Source: Hydrolagus colliei (Eukaryota). Taken from it: 64,000 bases of DNA. Location: the NCBI GenBank assembly GCA_035084275.1, contig CM068750.1, positions 10,478,001 to 10,542,000 of the forward strand. The letters are read 5' to 3'. The translations under genes and the position numbers were made by a program. A model generated the notes under the pieces. It saw nothing but the letters and a program-made list of their open reading frames with translations, did no database searches and was not told where the DNA came from. Positions 11,080 through 24,223 of the stretch are shown piece by piece. Position 1 is the first letter of the stretch, and every line of letters begins with the position of its first letter.

Positions 11080-14000
11080 AGGTCATTTGTCGATTGGACA
11101 ACTTAAGGAAGATTTTAAATTCAGCACTTGGTGTACCAGCTTCCACCTTTGTAGATTTGCTTAAGTAAAATACACAGAAACAACATGTTACAGTATATCC
11201 TGCAAAGCGCTTTGAGACTTCCTTCCAACAAGCAAGACCAGTACTATGCTAACTGTAAGGGTTATTAAAATTACATCAATTGAGTTTAATGGATCAACAA
11301 CTGGTTTATTGGGGCATTGACTCACACTCTGCTCAGTTCTAATATACAGTGCACTAGAGTCTCACAGCAGGGAGGGAAGGGAAATAATTATCAAGAAGAA
11401 TCAAGTCTGGGCAGGCTAGTGCTTCCGAATGGGCAGATGGTGGGAAGCAACAGCCTACATACAGTATTGTGATTGCCCTCCTGGCAAAAGTATTTGAGTA
11501 ATCATTTACCTCACGCCTCACTAATACTTTCCGCATCTCTATAGCTAAGTTGTGTACACTAATGACTAGCAGCACTTTCGGAATAACTGTGCCTCACCAA
11601 AGAAACTGGCATGTTATAATGACATTTTATATTTGTATCAAGCTGGTCAAAGCTTGCAGCTCAGAACTGAACTGAAATATTTCAGAAGCAGTACTGGACA
11701 GCAATTTTATTGTGGTAATGCCACAACCCAGCAAGCCTACTGTCAATCTGGAAACTGTGCAAATACTGAGCACCATGATGCCGACTGTACTTCTAATATT
11801 GAAAGAAAAATGAAATACAGCATTACAATGTTCCCAATGCTCCTACTTCAGCCGCAAGGCAGCACTTTCTACATGAAGGTGCACATTTTCTAAATAGCTT
11901 GCACTTGGTGGCTTTAGGAGGTGCTGAGCTTGGGAGACACAGCCGGTATGGGTACATTCATGATTCTACCACTTTCAACTGAAAATGATTTTAATTAAAT
12001 ATTGAAAGTGATATAGAGTTACAGAGCTAGAACGATAATTGAGACCTGGGACAAAACTGCTCAAACGTAGCAGCATAGTATTTTAACTGCTCTTTGTTGT
12101 TTGAAGAAAAATTCAAAGAGGTAAGAGTCGTGGACTTAGACTTAAGGCAGATAAACCAATTACTATATAATGTCATTGGTGCTGTGCTTCTCTCTAATAT
12201 TTTCTTAAATTTTCTCTCTACCATTTTAAAAGATGATAGTGGGTTAGTCACCAAGCTGGAGAAAAGAGATGATCCAATTGGAGTCGTTAAAAATGCTTCA
12301 CACTCATCTGCTTCAATTCCCATCAAAATTGGAAAAGAAATGTTTGAAATGTCTTTTTAGGAAGAATACTTCTATGGCGTTGGCTGAGATATGATGAATG
12401 TCTCCATTCACAACACTGTCCATAGCTCACTGGCATCTTGTGAGTTTGGCTATCTATGCACCCTCACTTACAAAGCTATTCATCATGTCCTTGCCAGCCA
12501 CATTGATGCATTGTCTATTTATACATTGGCCTGTATTGCTGCTTTATGGCGCAATGATGTCTGTATGGAATTATATTGGGTTGTAAGCCATTGTGTGAAG
12601 GAAGGGAGGTGCCATTTACTTCCTTTGTAGATCCAAATGTGAACTGATATAAACAATTACTAATTTCAGAATCACAAGGAAGCAGTGACAGATGAGGACC
12701 TTAGTTTCTTTTAAGGCTGTCAACTCGAATGCACAGATGCTTCAATTTCAGCACAAAATCATAAGCTGATAGCCATGATGAACTACATATCAAATATATC
12801 TACTGTATTAATTGTAATTCACTTTGGATTATAGTATGAAGCCAGTTTTAATGAACAAAATCAACAAACTTTTCAAAGAACTTGTATTGGAAATACCATT
12901 CACTTCAATGCGAAACAGGCACAATCACAAAGATTAAACAAACCATACAAATATTACATTGGAATGATGTACATATCCAGAGCTCATGGAAAGCCATCAA
13001 GCTGTACAATTGATATTGGTAATATAAGTGCATCGATATTTCATGGATTCATGCTTTGTGAACAGCAGATTTCCGAGACCTGATTCCTGGACATATTGCT
13101 GATCAAAGTTACCTTATTAGAACTGTGAATGCCCCCTGGGTTTTTTTTTCCCCGTTACTCAGCCAATTTTCCAATTGAAAACATTCTAAATTCCAAGAAT
13201 GTTTACTTGAATGAGTTTCCTGTGAAGTACCTTCTTTTACCTTGAGCTTTCAACCTGTCATCTGATACCTTTCACTTTCGGTTACAAATATATTGGCCCA
13301 TGTTTCATCGATTCACATTAGCTTGAAAGTTTTTTTTTCACAAAAATGTTCTTGAATTGCATATTTTGTGAAACTCCAATGTTTTTCCTTCTATGTTTTT
13401 CCGACAGTCCTATTATTTTTGGGACACCGTGTCTGTGCTTTTTCAAAATTGGAACGTGAACTATTTTCCAATCCCCTGGTGTCATCCATATACAGTATTT
13501 AAAAACGTAGAGAAATTCCAGCCGCAGTTCCTCTTACCGGTGCCTTACTTTCTTTAAGTGAGCAGCCAAGAGGATTGCAGTAGCATTTTCCAGCCCTGCA
13601 CATTCCTATGATATTTGACCATTTTGCTTGCAATGATAGTTATTGATCTCCATTTACACCTTTAAGTTTAAATTCTTCTACCTCCCAACTACAAATAAGA
13701 GTAATCTCCTTTTTCATTCAATGTATTCTTTCTAGGTTCTGGATTTCAAGCACGTTTCTGCAAGGCTAATTCCATTCACTTTCTCAATCCCCGCATAAGG
13801 ATCAAGTTCCACTTCTCACTCTCGTTACATTAAAGTGAAATCCCACATGGAAATGGTTTGTCAGTGATGAGCAGGATAACACAGAAGTTGATGAGTTAAG
13901 ATACAATTAGTCATTCACTTCATGTTTGTTGTGGGACACTGCGGCCTCGTTCACATACAAAATACGCAGAAAGGCTCATGAAAAAGGACTGATGAAGTTG

Positions 14001-16699
14001 CTATATATTTAGAATCTTTGACCTTGAACTGTGTAATTATGGCCTTTAAAGCAATGGTAAATCGGTCAGATCAATGAATAAATCAGAATTTTCCTTCAGG
14101 AAGATCCGAGATGTCTGAGGATTGAAGAATTTATGTAACCAAATCAGGACTAAGGAATTTTGAATATGAAGTTGGTCTTTAATGGTCTAAAATCTATGTC
14201 AATTCCTAACAGGATTTCTTAATTTAGACCACAAATAAGCAAAACCTGATAATATTGTACATGTGTCACAGTGAGCAATGGGAACCTGGAATCTACTTCA
14301 GGGCACATTCAACCATGTTTTCTACGAGCTTGAGTGACGCAGTTCTAGTTGTGCATTTTCTAACATTATTGATTTCCCAGAATCAATTAAATGCCTTAAT
14401 TGCTATTTTCAAATCGCTATTTGCCATGTGTAACATGAAGATAAAAATTTAAGTTTCTATTTTAAACAGATGGCATGTAATGCATGGTTGAAACATCCAA
14501 TTTTACTTCTGTTGCTATTCATGCATAAATGTTACAAACAGGCTAAATAATTGTCCCACTGTGACTTCCAATAGTTAAGATTCAATGTCTTAAATATATA
14601 AACATGATAGTTTTAAGAATTGTTACCAATAGCAGGATGTGGGTTTATTCAGATTCCTTACGTTGGGAGTCACAGATTTCAACTGTGCCATTATAAGCAA
14701 AGTTGTGGACATTTGAAATATTGAAAGCTTGGTGGATCAGATGTTTCTTTTGCTGATTTTACATTCAACGTTCAAATAATAAACATTTCCTAAGATACAC
14801 ATGTGAAATATTCTGAAAACATTCTTTCATCCCGAGGGCTCATTCATAATATTTTTATATCACTTTTTATTCTATACTTTGGCGGATAGTGGTTTAGCAT
14901 GCAATACATCACAGGGAGGAAACAAAACAGAAATCAATTGTAGAGCTACCTCAGACTGTGGACATACTTCTACTGACTGGTTGAAGAACGAATTTACCAG
15001 AAGCTTGGCAGAAAATTATCTGCTTAGTGATGGTACAGAGAAGATGAGAAAATACCTTTATAAGAAAAAGGCTCGTCAGTGAGTTCATCCAGGTTGTAGA
15101 TTAAATGCACAGACTGGACGGTTCTGATTATGTTGATCTCAGCCAGTTGTGGTGCTACCACTTGCTTTAATCACCCCCAGGTTACAGTGCAGAAGAAAAA
15201 CATTGCTCACGGTGACCACCAATTGGAGTTGTACCTGTTTGGGACCGTAATGTCCTTTGTAGCCAAATACCCTCTACTATCAAGACCATGTGAGCAACAA
15301 TAATCCTTGCATTTGTTTGTATGATACTTAGTTGAGTGGGGTACTTGAAGATTCCTAAGGAACTATACCCCACTGGAAGAAATTTTGAATCAATCACCTC
15401 CCGAAGCTGAAATAATGGTGAGAAGGAAAACCAGCCACTAAAATTGGGACTTCCAAAGATACTGCAGGTAAAATACAATCTTAATTCACTTACATACCGT
15501 AATGTATTTGCCTGTGTAGGGAAGGCAGGCTTCAGAGGGTTTCTTTTTAAGCTAAATGATTGTATGTTAAAATATTACAAAACATTTGTCCATCTTTTTT
15601 GCGCCATATCAAGTACTCAGTAACTCCTTGTACTGTAGCACAGTGTGATGAATCCATAAATTTCAAAGTGAATTAGAGCGCTTTTAGGCTCCATTAGAGC
15701 TTAACTGCACTGCAGTGATTTTTTTTCTACGATTGAAAGCACCATTTCATTTTATCATAGAATTAACAAAAAGCAATTTGCCTGGCATCTCTTCTGCAAG
15801 TCTACATTTCATTAAAGAAACATTATTCATCTGCAACTTTTCATTCTTCTTTTGCTGAAAGCTTCTTAAAATAAAACACACATTAAATGACACGAAGGCA
15901 AGCTCATTCAGGACTGTTCTGTTGGTGCTGCATGTGTGTGTGTTTGAAAGCCTGTTCAATATCATTAGGCTAGTCGGCGCTTGGCTGTAAGGTTCATTTG
16001 CAGTTGCATTTGTCCATCAACCTGAAATTTCATAAAAAATGGATAACCTATGAATAACTAATAAATCTGGCAGGCACGGTAGCTGTACTAACCATATCAC
16101 CTCTAGCCATACATGTATTGTAGGGCAGGTATATACATCTGGTCTGCATAGATTTTTCTAACCTGTCAAAATATATGTAGCAATGAGTTGCATTATTTAC
16201 TTAACATGGTTTCTTTATCACTACAGTCCACACAGAAATTTTCCTGAACCAGAATTTTTGTTCAAATGGGAGATTCTGGACTGTTGTTGCATGGCAGAGC
16301 TTGAAAATGAATGATTTGTGAGATGCAAAAAAGTGACAGCTCAATATTTTAAACCCTTCAAAACAGTATTAACCAAATACATTTGTTACTGCAAGGTGGT
16401 GATTTTTTTGAATAAAATAATACCTTTTCCTGATTTATTCTGGATTTGCTGGATTTTACAGCGTCATTTGTTACTACTGCATTTCATGTTACATATTGCA
16501 AATTTATTACGCAACTTCACTGGTCTCGTTCAATGGCTTCTCCTCTGCCCCAGGACAGCCACAGCGTTCCTTCGTCTTTATCCTTAGGGTCCACTTCCAC
16601 ATGCACACAGATGATAGGGAAGTCTAAGTCACTACTTCTCTTCTCAATTCCAGGACCTGTTGTTTTGACCGATGTGAGACACCAAATCCTGAATGAATT

Positions 16700-17060
16700 C
16701 TACGTTTCTATAGTTCAATGCCAACATGGACAAAGTTCTTCTGCTAATACTCCCATCAGGGCCTTCTCATCGCAGGCACTGACCCCATTGACCTTCATGG
16801 GTGCTCACGTAACCTTACAGGGCAGAATGTTTTCTGTTCAACTACCATGCAAAACTTGTGTTCTTACTCGCTCTGCTCTCCCTCGCCTCTGCAACATTGC
16901 CTGTCTCTGCCACCAGCTCTCTCCTCAACTGGCTGAAATCTTCATCCATGTTTCTATTAAGTCAAGGTTTGATTACTCTGTTTTATGAAGTGCTTTGAGA
17001 TGTTCACATGATGTGAAAGGAGCTATAGAAATGTAAATTATTGTTGTTGGTTATTATTAT
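16700..17060 (+). mobile_element. Degenerate L2-like fragment with L2/SINE-type tail
   Basis: RLCNIA...LSPQLAEIFIHV..SRFDYS resembles L2 ORF2 (LRNIA...AETLIHA..SRLDY). Ends gtgaaaggagctatagaaatgtaaattattgttgttg. Confidence 0.65.
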
Positions 17061-20000
17061 TCATTTTCAGATCATGACACTATTCTTTTGATTGGTATTA
17101 ATTTAGGGTCTATCAATCTGGTAATTCATGTGGATGATACTGCTGTCACCATTTCAAAGAAACATGGCTTCTTTCTCTGTTTTGCCATCTTATATTCTCC
17201 TCCTAAACCTAACTATATCATGGAATTCCAATGAATTGGGTGTTCATTTGTTTGCTTTTCATGGAATGTTACTGGTGCAGATTAGTTGCTGTGTTGCCTA
17301 TATAAATTTGTTCACTTTCATTTCCAATCTACTACATTTTCCAAAGGAATTTGAGATGGTCATCTTTTACATGGAAAGTCCTACACAAATGCAAGCTGCT
17401 ATTTTTATTATTATAACATGTACACATACAGAAAGTGACCTATGTAAAGACAAAGTTTCAATTTAATACTCATCTATTTTCTACAGAAAATTGTGATCAC
17501 GAATATGCAATACTGTGTCTTGTTTATACTGCCTGGTTCAAATGGAAGTTGCTTACTTTAAATTGCATCAATTGGAAACATTGTAAATCCTTTAAATCAC
17601 TATTGTCCCACTGAAAGGTAGAGCACCTTGTATGTTGGTATACAAAACCATATAAATACTCTGCATAGTAGCCAACGTAAAAAACTGCTTTAAAATAGTG
17701 TAGATTGTGTAATTAACACTTGCTTCATAAATCGGTAATGATCTTGAAGTGGAACAAAGCATGAACAATAAGGGACAGCTGTGATACAACTATTTAATTA
17801 GTTACTATGACTTACCACATCAGAGATAGAGAATTAACACTTCATTTATAAACAGATTCAAGATCCATCGGTGCCTTGTGTGGAGATCAAGTGCAATTGT
17901 TTCGGAAGTTCATGTTTAGGTTACCACAGAGATTTATTAAATGTCTAAATACATAGATAATATATAAACTGTACTATTTTCAAAGAAGACTGTTTATATT
18001 ATGTCTTCACTTTGTTTCATTAAAATAACAGTCAAAATGCAGCTCGGGATTCCATTTGACTGCAGGGGAGGAGTTCTGGACATCCTGAGATTAATTAAAC
18101 CCTTTAATAATGAACATCCATTGTCATTTTCATAAAGAGCACATATATTTGATCAAAGATTTTCAAACCAATGCTTATCTGCAAATTTCTATCCAGAATT
18201 TTAGAAGCGTTAAGACAAGAGAAATCTGACTTCTATATGTACCGTACAGTTCTTAATAAGCTAAAGAATAATTCAATTGTAAAATCTAATTTGTTCCCAT
18301 GAATTTGGGAACCACTTCATGTCAATCACCTTATGTAATTCTTGTTTTATTTCTCCAGGTCAAAAAGTAGGCCAATCTGCAGCCAACAGCTCCACTGGAA
18401 CTGTGTTCTTCATCAGCTACTTGACACAGACCAGTACAATTTTCCAGCATAAAAACATTGTCTGGAACACCACTGCCACATCACTGGATAGTGTTCAAAT
18501 TTATCTTTAGTCCTTTTCACTTTTCATTGCAGCAATTAGAATGTAATTTTATCTCCCGGGTGATCCAGGGATTTTGTTGCAGAATTGGTAACCTGACCAG
18601 CTCTGACAATGACTGGGATACCAGACGGATCACCTCACCACAGCACAGTGGTCCATCTCCAGCATAAACTGCATGCAGATAGTCTTGCCCCAGCCATGAC
18701 CAGCTCCGCAGCAAATTGCAAAGTGTTTGATAGTAAACTTCAGCTCCACCAGGTGAAGTGTGTCAATGAAGAAGCCAGCGGTATAATGGGGAGGGGTGCA
18801 AGATGAATCTGAATTTTTCAAAGCACGGGAACCGCAATGCAGCATAAAGTCTGAATGATACTAATTAAACCAAATAGAAAAGACGATTCTCTTAGCAAAC
18901 CTAGACTCCCAGATCAGGTGATGCCTTCAATTCAACATTGATCTTAAAACATAGACACTCCACTGTCTCTAGGAACCAGACAACCACAATAGTTGGATCT
19001 AGGCTCCAGGTTCCTGTTTACACATATAGACAAGAAAGTAAACTATTGGGGCATGTTTAAAGATAGGTTGATTTAGCAATGAAAGCTGGAATAACTTTTT
19101 TTTTAAAAATTAAAGTATTGAAATAACTTTCTAAAATGTTTTACAGCACTTTTGTTTAGAAAAATATCCATCAACCCGAGGAATTTGGCAAAAGGGGAGA
19201 CCTATGGCACCAATCCAGGTGTATGTTAAATATTACAGTTTATAAAAATGTGTATTTGTTGAGTAACCTAAAGAGAACTTTTTTCATATGTTAAGAAATG
19301 CAGAAAAGTCATTCAGCAGCTTACTTTAAAGCTTCTAAATTGTACGAAGAAAAGATGGTTTCAATTTAATGCATTTGTTGGGCTGCCTTGGAAGCACTTT
19401 ATATGTTTTTTCTATTAACAAAGTATGTTTAACTAATCAAGACACATTGGTGAGGTCCAGAGGATTCCCTGTAGAAGACTATTTTTTATTTGTGGAAGAT
19501 GCAAGTTCCTTTGGCATTCACACCTGTCACACACCAGTGATCAAAAATATATCAAGACCAACAATAAATGCAAGTAATACATTATTTTTAATAAAATGAT
19601 TATTGGTGGGAAATATTTTTTGAACAATGTTTTTGTCAGTCACTTAACTGAATGATTTTTTTAATGAATCTAGGCAAAAATAAATTATTGCTTGTGACAT
19701 TGAGTGCATGTTTGAGGTTTCTGTGGTACAAGTGAGTGCATCACACATCACATAACCAGTAATAAAGGTTTATTGCAGCGATACATGAACTTATACATTA
19801 TGCTCTGTACATGATCATTATCAAAAATAATGAATAGCTGAGAGTTACAAGGCTGGAATATAAACAGATACATTGTAAAAATGATATACAATTTGAAACT
19901 AAGCACATCCACAGAATTCCAGAAACCATCATTAATTTTTAATGTTTTTCATATCAAAGACTCAGTCGAGCAACATTAAAATGTTATTGGGCTTGGATCT

Positions 20001-22714
20001 TTAAAGAGACTGTTTTCAATATAGACGGCAAAAAGATTTGCTCACAAAAGGAAATTTTCATGCATAAGTGGCATACATATGTCGAAATCTCAGTTTGGTT
20101 TAGGTGCAGTAAAGCACGAAGATGGGTTAATATAACTGTCAAGACATCCAGCTGACCAAAAACAAAACAATTGTGAGATGTGTTCTTTCACTTGACACAA
20201 AAACAATCACTTTGTGGCATACTACAGGACAATTGTAATTCTAGAATCTAATCTCAGTGTTTTATTGTCTTCAACTTCATTTGATGTATGGCCTCAGGAA
20301 TTGTCAGTTGTCGGGAACAACTCTGGAGGTACTTGTCACTATTGAATCACCATGAGCTGCAAAACTCTATTTTTTTGTACTCTGACCCAAACTCATGGAG
20401 CTAGATGTTTGCAAAGTTACACATTGGGCATCTTGCCAGTGAAAGTGTCTACCTGTGTTTTAGATATGGAATAGACAGTTCCCAGCACATCCACACAAAT
20501 GCCAACAAATGAGAGGAAGAAATTGATTCCTTATTTGGTTACAATTTACTAAGGGGATGCAACACCACCCCGAGCCACCACCCCGTAACCTTTTTTGAAC
20601 TATAAGAGATTAATAAAATACTTTCAGTTGTGGATTTACCCACTTGTTTTCAGCAAGCCTTCTTAGAAAGAAAACTGATGAGATTGCTGATGAGATTGAA
20701 TCATCTATTAAGTTTGGTGAGAATCTCATAATATTGGTGAAGCATCTGAGTGGAACTCCCTTGTTTGGTTCAGCTGATAAAACCACATTGAAATGCGAAT
20801 CGAAGACAAACAGGATGAATCAACTGATCTCACCTATAGCAGCAATGAAGAACTACAAAAAGTCTCAGTGTCCCCAGGCTAAAATCAACTATGTTTCTTG
20901 CCCTCCAGTCATTGTTGCTGGGAAGTGCATTAGAAACGGTTTTGTTGACACTCCCTGTATACGTTTATATTTAAAGGTTGATTTACATGAGCTGAGTATC
21001 AAAGGATAGCCAATATTCATGGAAAAAAATCCAACCATTTGACTGCAGCTTCAGGAGATGAGAAGAGGGTCAAAAATTAGAAAGGGAATTCTTCAATTAT
21101 TTTTAAACACTGTAATAACCTGTAATTCCAGTAAATGTTTCAAAGATATTATTAAAGTTTTTCTTGGAGCATAAAATATCTGCAGCCTCCCTTAGATATT
21201 GTTCTGGAGATCACCATATGTTGAATTTGTATGAGGGGCAATTTATACCCTTTCTTGTTCTCCATTGGACATTCTTGCAGATCTCAGCATTCAGCATGAA
21301 TTATTAAAATATTTGCCTTGCTGCTGAGTGTAGGAAGCAACAGAGTTGCTGGAAGCAGAACACCAACTGCTTCACTTTATCAACAGATGTTCAAGAAAAA
21401 CAATGTTTGGAACTATTGATATTATCACATACTCATTAGGAAGCTCTGCTTCATCACACATGGATGTGCTTTTCTTCAGGAATCTTAATACTTCGCAGTA
21501 TCCACTTGACAGGAAAGCCATCACCAAGGTGACTGATAGGATACTGAATGAGACATATCCTTTAGTACAGTCCCTACTGCACCTCACAACCTTGTGCAAG
21601 TGATAAAATTATCAAATCGCCTACAAAGGAATGCTTTGTAATTTGAAGGAACTTGCCAAATTTAATGCCAAGAAATTTGCCTGTACACTGGCATCAACCT
21701 TAAATTACAATATAGCCAACATTTGGTTTTGTGCCAGAGATTTAAAATTCACATTCCTGCTTCACAGTCTGATAGGAATTGTCATTTCTCTGTTGAGTTT
21801 CCTTCTTCCAAGGTGCACTTCTGCACTAGAGGGACCTCATTTAAAGGGAAGCAGTACAAGCCCAGGGAAATTGAGGGTGAGAAAATGTGAATGAAATGAG
21901 TGGAAGCACTATGTCTATGCACTGGTCACAGAGTTTCACATGCACATTAAAGCACTGGATTCCTTGGAGCATGTATGCAAGAACATCTTACCAACGTTGG
22001 CAATGTGGTGACCCATTGCAACATCAAAGCGGGATGAGGGTTTCTCACACAGATTACTACATAAATTAATCTAACTAGCCCTTTCAACTACCAGTGAAGA
22101 TTCCACTATGGTGGATACAGTGTATGTATAATTGATCCGTGACTATGTAGATATGGCACAACGCATTTTCAGTAAATCATATATGGGGTAAGATATAATA
22201 ATCTTTGTATTTGATATTATGCTTATCACATTGTTGAGTTGTCTCAAAGTGCTTCACAGAATACATTTTAAAGTGCACAAAATAATGTTTTACACAAGAG
22301 GTCTGGGGGGCCTATTGGAATTGCACACCACTGATCTGATTCCTTATGTGTAAGAGTTACTAAGGAACATGCACAAAAGAATACTGTATCAACGTTAGGA
22401 AGTAACAGCTTTACATTGCCTCTGCCACCCTGCTATATGCACAATAAATGTTTTAAAATATAGTGCAAAATACCAACGTGGAGAATTTTGTTTTTATTCA
22501 AAGCACACATATCATTCTCAATAAACCAGAATGCTGCACTGCCACTAGGGATGAGTGGCAGAGATAAAATTAAAGAATACAATATAATGCAATTTGCAAT
22601 CGAACTGTGACTTTCATATTTGGAGGATGATTTAAAGAGGTTGATGCCTCTGACAAACACCAAATTGGACAAGTTCGGAGTAATGTGCACCAATTCAGAT
22701 GCTTGTAATAATAA

Positions 22715-22975
22715 TAATATTTGTATCTGAAATAGCACCTTACCATGTCATCAAGATATCTCAAAGAGATAATGGAAAGATTTTAATGGAAAGTGCAGTG
22801 ATTGTACTTGCAAGAAAACTTTGTGCACTGTAATATCCCACAAACAGCCCATTTTATCCAGGGGGGATTGTTGGCCAGAACTCCTTTCTCTTTTTCAAAA
22901 TTGGCGTGGGATTTCTAATATCTACCTAAATAGGCAGATGGAGCCTCAGTTTAAAGTGTCATCTGAAAGACAATA
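22715..22975 (-). mobile_element. Degenerate Deu-domain-type SINE remnant
   Basis: Reverse-complement tail plus atcccacaaacagc, ttggccagaactcc and aggcagatggagcctcagtttaaagtgtcatctgaaaga, as in shark DeuSINE (SacSINE1-like) sequence recalled from memory. Confidence 0.55.
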
Positions 22976-24203
22976 TGGTTAATCACACCTGTCCTGTTTT
23001 TTTTACAGTCTCTCGTGGGATCACCTGTGCAGAGGTACCTTGAGGAACCTTCTCGCACGATTGGCATCGCAAATGACTGGCAGCTGCTCGCTTGCTCCCT
23101 GTGGCTGGAGCTACAGTGTTACAGGAATATATTTAAAATAATGCAACCCTGCCTGGGGCAATGTGGATGACAGCTTGCAACACCACAGAGGGACACGGGC
23201 TCCTCTGTACCACTGGGTGCCCTCACCTCAGCTGTGTTGCCCGGGGATGGGGAAGGGGAGTAACATTTCAGCTTGCATCTTTTTGGCCAGCCAGGAGTGA
23301 GTGAAGGCACTTATTTCTCCATGACAAGGTGCATAGTCTGGTGGGGCTAAAAAAAATTGCATTTTTCAGTATCTATTTAATCCTTGATTGCAAGGCAATA
23401 GATCTATGAAAAGATATCCCGTAAAAAACACTCTTTATTCACAAAGCTCCCCTGTGGTGATTTAGCCACGGGGGGGGGGAGGGGGGGGAGGATATAATAG
23501 GGAGTTTTCATTAGATTTTCTGGTGCTACACTCTACATTTCCTTCAACTCACCTCTGTTATTTGTGCGGGGGTGGGAGGGATGAAATAGAAAGACGTTAT
23601 GTGTGTTCTACATGGACCAGGTGGGAGAATCCAACGTGGCTGAGGCTGATGAATATCTCAAGTTCAGAATTTCTCCCAAACATACCCAGGAAACAAAAGC
23701 AACACAAATACACATATACACACATACACATATTTTCATCCATATGCTATACAATAATATATCATCAAGCATTAGACACTACTGCAGCCATTATTTACCC
23801 ACATTATTGGAAATTAATTGTTCTCAGCGACTGCCTCAGAAGTTCTGTGTATCAAATCGATAATTTTGTGTGAAAATTAAAACATTTACAGCAGCAGTAG
23901 CATTGGAAACTGAAAATGGGTTGTGTCTAGACAAAGAAACATTAAATAAATCAAGTTGTGCTTAGTAATAAGGAGCTGTTGAGTAACATGAATGGAGGTA
24001 ATCCACTGAGACTGGGCAAGAGACTTCAACCTATTGTTGGAGAGGAACAGTTCTGTTATTTCATTTCAATAGCCGATAAAATCCAGGCAAAAACACTGAC
24101 CTAATAGAATAATAAAATGATAGCCATTTGTCCCAAATCAAATAAAAAATGTTTTGCATTTGAGCATAGGTACAAAGTGATAGGAACGTATGTGTATGTG
24201 TCA

Positions 24204-24223
24204 ATGATGATGGTGTGAGGTGG
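24204..24223 (-). promoter_or_regulatory. Dense intronic YCAY cluster (5 motifs in 20 nt), putative NOVA binding site
   Basis: Minus strand reads CCACCTCACACCATCATCAT, 48-67 nt downstream of a TGG|GTGAGG donor-like site. Confidence 0.55.

Noticed and set aside
16446-16988. 180-aa plus-strand ORF
   Set aside because: The C-terminal part is decayed L2 ORF2 and the rest has no recognisable domain or exon structure.
20600-21900. Possible ancient LINE-derived coding remnants (also about 12030-12360 and 32100-32730)
   Set aside because: Composition is suggestive but I could not find diagnostic motifs; it needs a profile-HMM search.
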